64,000 nt of DNA from the human T2T-CHM13v2.0 reference genome, Homo sapiens. Below are positions 57,201-64,000 of this stretch, in pieces. The first letter of the stretch is position 1; each line of letters begins with the position of its first letter. The position numbers and the translations under genes were made by a program. Under the pieces are notes generated by a model, which worked only from the letters and a program-made list of their open reading frames with translations, did not search any database and was not told the DNA's origin. The stretch is from NCBI RefSeq assembly GCF_009914755.1, contig NC_060940.1; one strand, written 5' to 3'.

Positions 57201-58372
57201 GATTGTTGCATTCGATTCCCTTCGATGATGATTCCTTTGAATTCCATTCGATTATCATTCCGTATGAATCCATTTGATGATTATTCCATTGGATTCCTTT
57301 CAATGATGATTCCATTCGATTCCATTTGATGATGTTTCTCTTGTATTCCATTGGATAATTCCTTTCAGTTCCCTTCGATGATTATTCTTTCGAGTCAATT
57401 CGATGATTCTATTCCATTCCCTTCGATGATGATTCCATTTCACTCCATTTGATGATTCCATTCGACTCAATTTGGTGATGATTCAATTCGATGACATTCG
57501 ATGACTCCATTCAATTTCATTTGATGATGATTACATTCGAGTCCATTTGATGATTGTATTCCTTTCCTTTTGATGATTATTCCATTCGTGTCTATTCAAA
57601 GGTTCCATTCTATTCCATTCAATGATGATTGCATTTGATTCCATTCAATGATTATGGCTATCGATTCCACTCGTTGATTCCATTTGATTCCGTTCGATGA
57701 TTATTCCGTTAGATTCCATTAGAAGATTCCATTCTATTTTATTCAATGATTCCAATGGATTCCATTCAATGATGATTCCATTCGACTCCATTCAGTGATT
57801 CCATTCGAGTCCATTTGATGATTCCATTCTTTTCCATTTGATGATGATTCCATTAGGGTCCATTCAATGATTCCATTCGAGTCCATTCGTTAATGCCTTT
57901 CGAGTCCTTTTGATCACTACATTCGAGTCCATTCAATGATTCTATTCGATTCCATTCCATGATGATTCCATTCGAGTTCATTCGATGATTGCATTCGAGT
58001 CCATTTGATGATTCCATATGATTCCCTTCGACAATGATTTCATTCGTGTCCATTTGATGATTCCATTCATTTCCTATCGATTCAAGTGTATTCGATGATT
58101 CCATTCAAATCCATTCGATGATGATTCCATTCCAGTCCATTCGATCATTCCACTTGATTCCATTTGATGACTATTCCATTCAAATCCATTTGATGATTCC
58201 ATTCGATTCCATTCGATGTTACCATTCGAGTATATACGATGATTCCACTCGATTCCATTTGATGATTATTCCATTGGAGTCCACTTAGTGAATCCTTTAG
58301 ATTCTACTCGAAGATGATTCCATTCGAGTCCATTCGATGATACCATTCAATTCCATTCGTTGATGCTTCAAT
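54254..58372 (+). repeat. Unit 10, type V (chimeric short unit), 4,119 bp
   Basis: Counterpart of unit 4 at +34533 with the same junctions, 11 bp shorter. Confidence 0.9.
56418..58237 (+). repeat. Divergent HSat2 block, copy 2 (~1,820 bp)
   Basis: Same unique k-mers as 21885-23715 at +34533. It lacks the 11 bp TGAAGATTCCG found at 23548-23558 in copy 1 (junction 58080/58081). Confidence 0.9.
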
Positions 58373-61300
58373 TCAAGTGCATTCGATGATATCATTCGAT
58401 TCCATTTGATGATAATTCCATTTGATTGCATGCGATGATTCTATTCGATTCCATTCAATGATAATTCCATTCAATTCAGTGATTCCTCTGGACTCCATTT
58501 GATGATGATTCCATTCAATGATTCCATTCGATTCTATTCGAAAATGATTCCATTTGAATCCATTTGATGATGATTCCATTAGATTCCATTTGATGATTCC
58601 ATTCGATTCCATTCGATGATGATTCCATTCGATTCCTTTTGATGATTCCATTCTATTGTATTCGATGATGATTCCATTCGATTCCATTCGATGATGATTG
58701 GATTCGATTCCATTTGATGATTTCATTTGATTCCATTCGATAATGATTTCGATCAATTCCATTCGATGATTCCATTCGATTCCATTCGATAATGATTACA
58801 TCCGAGTCCATTCGATGATTCCATTTGAGCCCGTTCGATAATTCCATTTGAGTCCAATCAATGATTCCATTCATTTCCATTCAATGATTCCATTCGAGTC
58901 CATTTGATCATTCCGGTAAGGTCCGTTCGATGTTGATTCCATTGGAGTGCATTCGATGATTCCATTCGAGTCCATTTTAGGATTTGATTCGAGTCCTTTC
59001 GATGATTCCATTCGATTCCACTCGATGATTTCATTCGAGTCCATTCGACACTTCCAATCGATTCCATTTGATGTTTCCATTCGATTCCAATTGATGATTC
59101 CATTCAATTCCATTCGATGATGATTCCGTACGATTCCATTCTGTGATGATTCCATGTGATTGCATTCAATGATGATTCCTTTCGATTGCATTCGATTATG
59201 ATTCATTTCGTGTTCATTCTATGGTTCCACAGGTTTCCATTCGATGATGTTTCCATTCGTGTCCATTCCATGATTCCATTCTATTCCATTTGAAGATGAT
59301 TCCATTCGATTCCGTTCATTGGTGATTCCACTCAATTCCATTCAATGATTCCATTCCATTTCTTTCAACAATGATTCCATTAGTTTCTATTCGATGATCC
59401 ACTTGATTCCATTTGACGATGATTCCATTCGTGTCCATTCGATGATTCCATTTGATTCCATATGATGATGATTCCATTCGATTCCATACGATGATGATTC
59501 CATTCGAGTCCATTCAATGGTGATTCCATTCAATTCCATTCGATGATTCCTTTCGATTCCATTCAATGATGATGGCATTCAATTCCTTTCGATCATTCCC
59601 TTTGATTCCATTCAAAGGTGATTTCATTCAAGTCCATTCGATAATTGCATTCGATTCCATTCTATGATGATTCCATTCGAGTCCATTTGATGATTCCATT
59701 CAATTCAAGTCAATGATGATTCCATTCGATTCCACTCGATGATTCCATTGGATTCCATTCGATGATGATTCCATTCAAATCCATTCGATAATTCAATTCA
59801 AGTCCATTCGATGATGATTCCGATCGAATCCATTCAAAGATTCCACTCAATTCCATTCGATGATGATTCCCTTAGATTCCATTCGATGATTCCACTTGAT
59901 TCCATTTACGATGATTCCATTCGATTCCATGTGATGATTCCATTCAATTCTATTCAATCATGTTTCCACTTGATTCCATTCGAACATGATTGCCTTTGAT
60001 ACCATTCAATGATTCCATACGGTTCCATTTGATGATGATTCCATTCGAGTGCATTAGATGATTCCATTCGAGTCCATTCGATGATTCCATTCGATTCCAT
60101 TCGATGTTGATTCTGTTCAAATCCATTCGATGATTCCACTCGATTCCATTCGATGACTCCATTTGATCCCATTCGATGATTTCCTTTGATTCCCTTTGAT
60201 GATCATTCCATTTGATTCAATTCGGTGATTTTATTTGATTCCATTCAGTGATGTTTCCATTCAACTCCTTTCGATGATGATTCCATTCGACTCCATTCGA
60301 TTATGATTTCATGCAATTCCATTCGATAATGATTCCCTTCAAGTCCATTCGATGATTCCATTCGATTCCATTCAACGATGATTTGATTCGTGTCCATTCG
60401 ATGATTCCATTTGATTCCATTTGATGATGATTCCATTCGAGTCCCTTTGATGATTCCATTCAATTCCATTCTCCGATGATTTCTTTTGAGCCCATTCAAT
60501 GCTTCCACTCGATTCCATATGATGATGACCCCATTTGATGAAATTCCATGATGATTCCATTCGCTTGCATTCGATGATGATTCCACTTGAGTCCGTTAGA
60601 AGATTCTATTCAATTACATTCCATGACGATTCTGTTCGAGTCCATTTGATGATTCCATTAGACTCCATTCGACGATGATTCCATTCGATGTTATTCGATG
60701 ATGATTCCATTCAACTCCATTCGATGTTTCCATTCGAGTTCATTCTATTATTCCATTAGATTCCATTCGATGATGATTCCATTCGATTCCATTTGATGAT
60801 TGCATTCTATTTCATTTGATGATGATTCCATTCGAGTCCATTCGATGATTCCATTCGAGTCCATTTAATGAATCCATTGGTTTCAATTCTATGATGATTA
60901 CATTGGATTCCATTCGTTGATGATTTCATTCGATTCCATTCAATGATGATTCCATTCAATTCCATTCAATGATTCCACTGAATTCCATACGATGATGATT
61001 CCATTTGATTTGATTCGACAGTGAGCCATTCGATTCAATTCCATGATGATTCTATTTGATTCAATTGGTTGACATTTCCATTCGATTCCATTCGATGATG
61101 ATTCCATTTGATTCCATTCAAAGATGATTCCATTCTAGCCCATTCAATCATTCCATTCGATTCTATTCAATGATGATTCCATTCATGTCGATTTGGTGAT
61201 TCCATTTGACTTCATTTGATGATGATTCCTTTCAAGTTCATTAGATGATTCCATTCGATTCCATTTGATGATGATCCCATTCGAGTCTATTCAGTGATTC

Positions 61301-64000
61301 CACTCGTTTCCATTCCATGATGATTCCATTCCATTCCATTCAATGATTCCATTCGATTCCGTTTGATGATGATTTCATTCGAGTCCATTTGATGATTCCA
61401 TTTGATTCCATTTGATGATGATTACATTCGAGTCCATACGATGATTCCACTCAATTCCATATGATGATGATTCCATTCGATTCCATTCGATGATTCCAGT
61501 CTATTCTATTCAATGGTGATTCCATTCGAGTACATTAGATGATTCCATTCGATTCCATTCAATGATGATTCTATTTGTGTCCCTTAGATGGTTCCACATG
61601 ATTCCATTTCATGATGATACTATTTGAGCCCATCCAATGATTCCCTTCGATTCCATTCGATGAGGATTCCATTCGATTCAATTCATTGGTGATTCTATTC
61701 AATTCAATTCTTTGATTCCATTCCATTCCATTCGACAATGATTCCATTCGATTTCCTTCGATGATTCCACTCCATTCCACTTGACATTGATTCCATTCGA
61801 TTCCATTCAATGATTCCGTTTCATTCCAGTGGATGATGATTGCCATCGATTCCATTCGATCACTCCATTCTATTCCATTTGATGATGATTACATTCGATT
61901 CCATTTGATGATTCCATCTGATTCTATTCGAGGATTCCATTTGATTCCATTCGATGATGATTCCATTCGAGTGCATTTGATGATTTCATTCGAGTACATC
62001 CAATGATTCCATTCGAGTCCATTTGATGATTCCATTTGATTCCATTTGATTATGATTCTACTAGAGTCCATTCAATGACTCCCTTCGAATCCATTCAACA
62101 ATTCCATTCAAGGCCATTCGATGATTCCATTTCATGATTCCATTCGAGTCCATTTAATCATTACAGTCGAGTCCATTTGGTGATTCCACTGGATTTCTTT
62201 TGATAATGATACCATTCAATTACATTTGATGATGATCCCATTCAATTTCATTTGATGGTGATTCCATTAGAGTCCATTCGATGATTTCATTCGAGTCCCT
62301 TCATTGATTCCATCCGATTTCATTGGATGATGACTCCATTCGAGTCCATTCGATGATTCCACTCGATTCCATTAGATGATTCCATTGGAGTCCATTTGAT
62401 TGTTCCATTCGATTCTATTCGATTCCTTTCGAAGATTATTCCATTTGAGTCCATTCGATGATGATTCCATTCCATTCCATTCGATGATTCCGTTTGATTC
62501 CATTCGATGATTCCCTTCGATTCCTTTCTTTGATGATTCCATTCCATTCCACTCAATGATTCCATTCGAATCTATTCCATGATGATTCCTTTCGATTCCA
62601 TTCGCTGATGTTTCCGTTCAATTCCATTCGATGATGATTCCATTCGATTCCATTCATTGAGGATTCCATTTGATTCCATTCAATGATGATTCCATTCTAT
62701 TCCATTCAATGATTGCATTCAATTCCATTCAATGATTATCCCCTTAGAGTAAACTCAACGATTCCATTCAATACCATTCGATGATGATTCCTTTTGAGTC
62801 CATTCAATGATTTCATTCAAGTCCATTTGACGATTCCTTTCAATTCCCTTCTATGATGATTCACTTCTCGTCCATTGGATGATTCCATTTCATTCCATTC
62901 GATGATGATTCCATTCGATTCCATTCGATGATTCCGTTCGATTGCATTCGATGATTCCATTATATTCCAGTCAACGATGATTCCATTCGAGTCCATTCGA
63001 TGATTCCTTTAGAGTACATTTAATGATTGCTTTGTTTTCAATTCGAAGATGATTACATTGGATTCCATTCTATGATACCATTCGATTCCATTCAATGATG
63101 ATTCCACTCAAATCCATTGGATGATTCCATTCGTGTCCATTCGGTGATTTCATTAGATTCCATTCGAGGATGATTCCATTCGATTCCATTCGATGATTCC
63201 ATTCAATTCCATTCGATGATGATTCCATTCCAGTCCATATGATCATTCCATTTGATTTCATTCGATGATGATTCCATTCGATTCCATTCGATGATTCCAT
63301 TCTATTCCATTCGATGATGATTCCATTCGAGTCCATTCGATGATTCCATTCGAGTCCATTTAATGATTCCATTGGGTTCAATTCAATGATGATTACATTG
63401 GATTCCGTTCTATGATTCCATTCAATTCCGTTCATTGACAATTTGATTCCATTCGATGATGATTCCATTTGAGTTCATTCGATGATTCTATTCGATTCTC
63501 TTCGATGGTGATTCAATTCTATTATATTGGATGATTCCATTCGATTCCATTTGATGTTGATTCAATTCGATTCTATTCGATGATGATTCCATTGGATTTC
63601 ACTTGATGATTCTATTCGATTCCATTCAATGATGATTCACTTCTCGTCCATTGGATGATTCCATTTCATTCCATTCGATGATGATTCCATTCGATTCCAT
63701 TCGATGATTCCATTTGATTCCATGCGTCGGTGAGCAATTCGATTCAATTCCATGATGATTCTATTTGATTCAATTAGATGATGTTTCCATTCGAATCCAT
63801 TCCATGATTATTCCATTGGAATCCATTCGGCGATGATTCCATATGAGTCAATTCAATGATGATTCCATATGGGTCCGTTCGATGATAATTCCATTTGATT
63901 TCATTCGGTGCTTCTATTCAATTCCAGTCGATGATGATTCCGTTGGAGTCCATACGATGATTCCATTTGATTTCATTTGATGATGATTCCATTCGATGAT
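58373..64000 (+). repeat. Unit 11, type C (partial), with an extra 49-bp templated insertion near 62860
   Basis: Shares the -3, +16, +3, -72, -23, -170 and -10 indels of unit 5 (identical internal ORF offsets 2213, 3482, 4192), then gains 49 bp. Confidence 0.87.

Larger units (their letters stand above)
1..64000 (+). repeat. Human satellite 2 (HSat2/HSATII) array with ~6.1-kb periodicity, probably HSat2B of the chr16 pericentromere
   Basis: Continuous degenerate CATTC repeats with the HSat2 hallmark CATTCGATTC and GATGAT/GATGATGAT spacers giving 23/26-bp subunits. The CATTC strand is + throughout. The 6,112-bp period is read from recurring unique k-mers and ORF offsets. The subfamily and chromosome call rests on the recalled ~6.1-kb period and is less certain than the HSat2 call. 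Confidence 0.96.

Noticed and set aside
31228-59999. Recurring 61-62 aa plus-strand ORF (MMIKIESIQRFH...)
   Set aside because: A chance stop-free stretch created by unit-specific SNPs, with no coding evidence.
527-63468. Many 60-132 aa minus-strand ORFs (MESSNGIEWNH-type)
   Set aside because: They are direct translations of the GAATG/ATCATC satellite strand, low-complexity, overlapping in several frames, opened and closed by random SNPs, with no recognisable domain. I used them only as positional landmarks.
1-64000. CRISPR-like array (23-26-bp periodicity)
   Set aside because: There are no unique spacers, leader or cas genes. The subunits are contiguous degenerate satellite.
1-64000. Strand inversion, alpha satellite/CENP-B boxes, Alu or L1 interruptions
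   Set aside because: None seen on reading. No GAATG-strand tract, 171-bp monomer or non-satellite sequence is evident.

Overview
The whole window is one uninterrupted, single-orientation array of human-type classical satellite 2 (HSat2). It is built from degenerate CATTC pentamers arranged as 23-bp and 26-bp subunits (consensus (GAT)GATGATTCCATTCGA(T/G)TCCATTC) rich in CATTCGATTC/TCGA. I see no genes, RNA genes, transposons or CRISPR arrays, and the ORF track only translates the satellite. The subunits form a ~6.1-kb nested tandem unit (modal 6,112 bp), which from recall matches the pericentromeric HSat2B array of human chr16 (assignment not verified). The landmark TCAAGTGCATT occurs at 1457, 7569, 13609, 19721, 23851, 29705, 35915, 42053, 48191, 54254 and 58373, giving unit lengths of 6112, 6040, 6112, 4130, 5854, 6210, 6138, 6138, 6063 and 4119 bp plus a partial last unit. 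The units fall into variant classes in the order A A A V C B B B B V C. V units carry a foreign ~1.83-kb HSat2 block in place of 3.83 kb of the normal unit, and the V-C cassette recurs 34,533 bp later. Smaller rearrangements include tandem duplications of 1039, 429, 98 and 26 bp, deletions of 23, 49, 72 and 170 bp, and one non-tandem templated insertion. What is interesting here is satellite architecture and recombination history, not a coding system. All comparisons were made by eye and from ORF-coordinate arithmetic, so SNP lists are incomplete.
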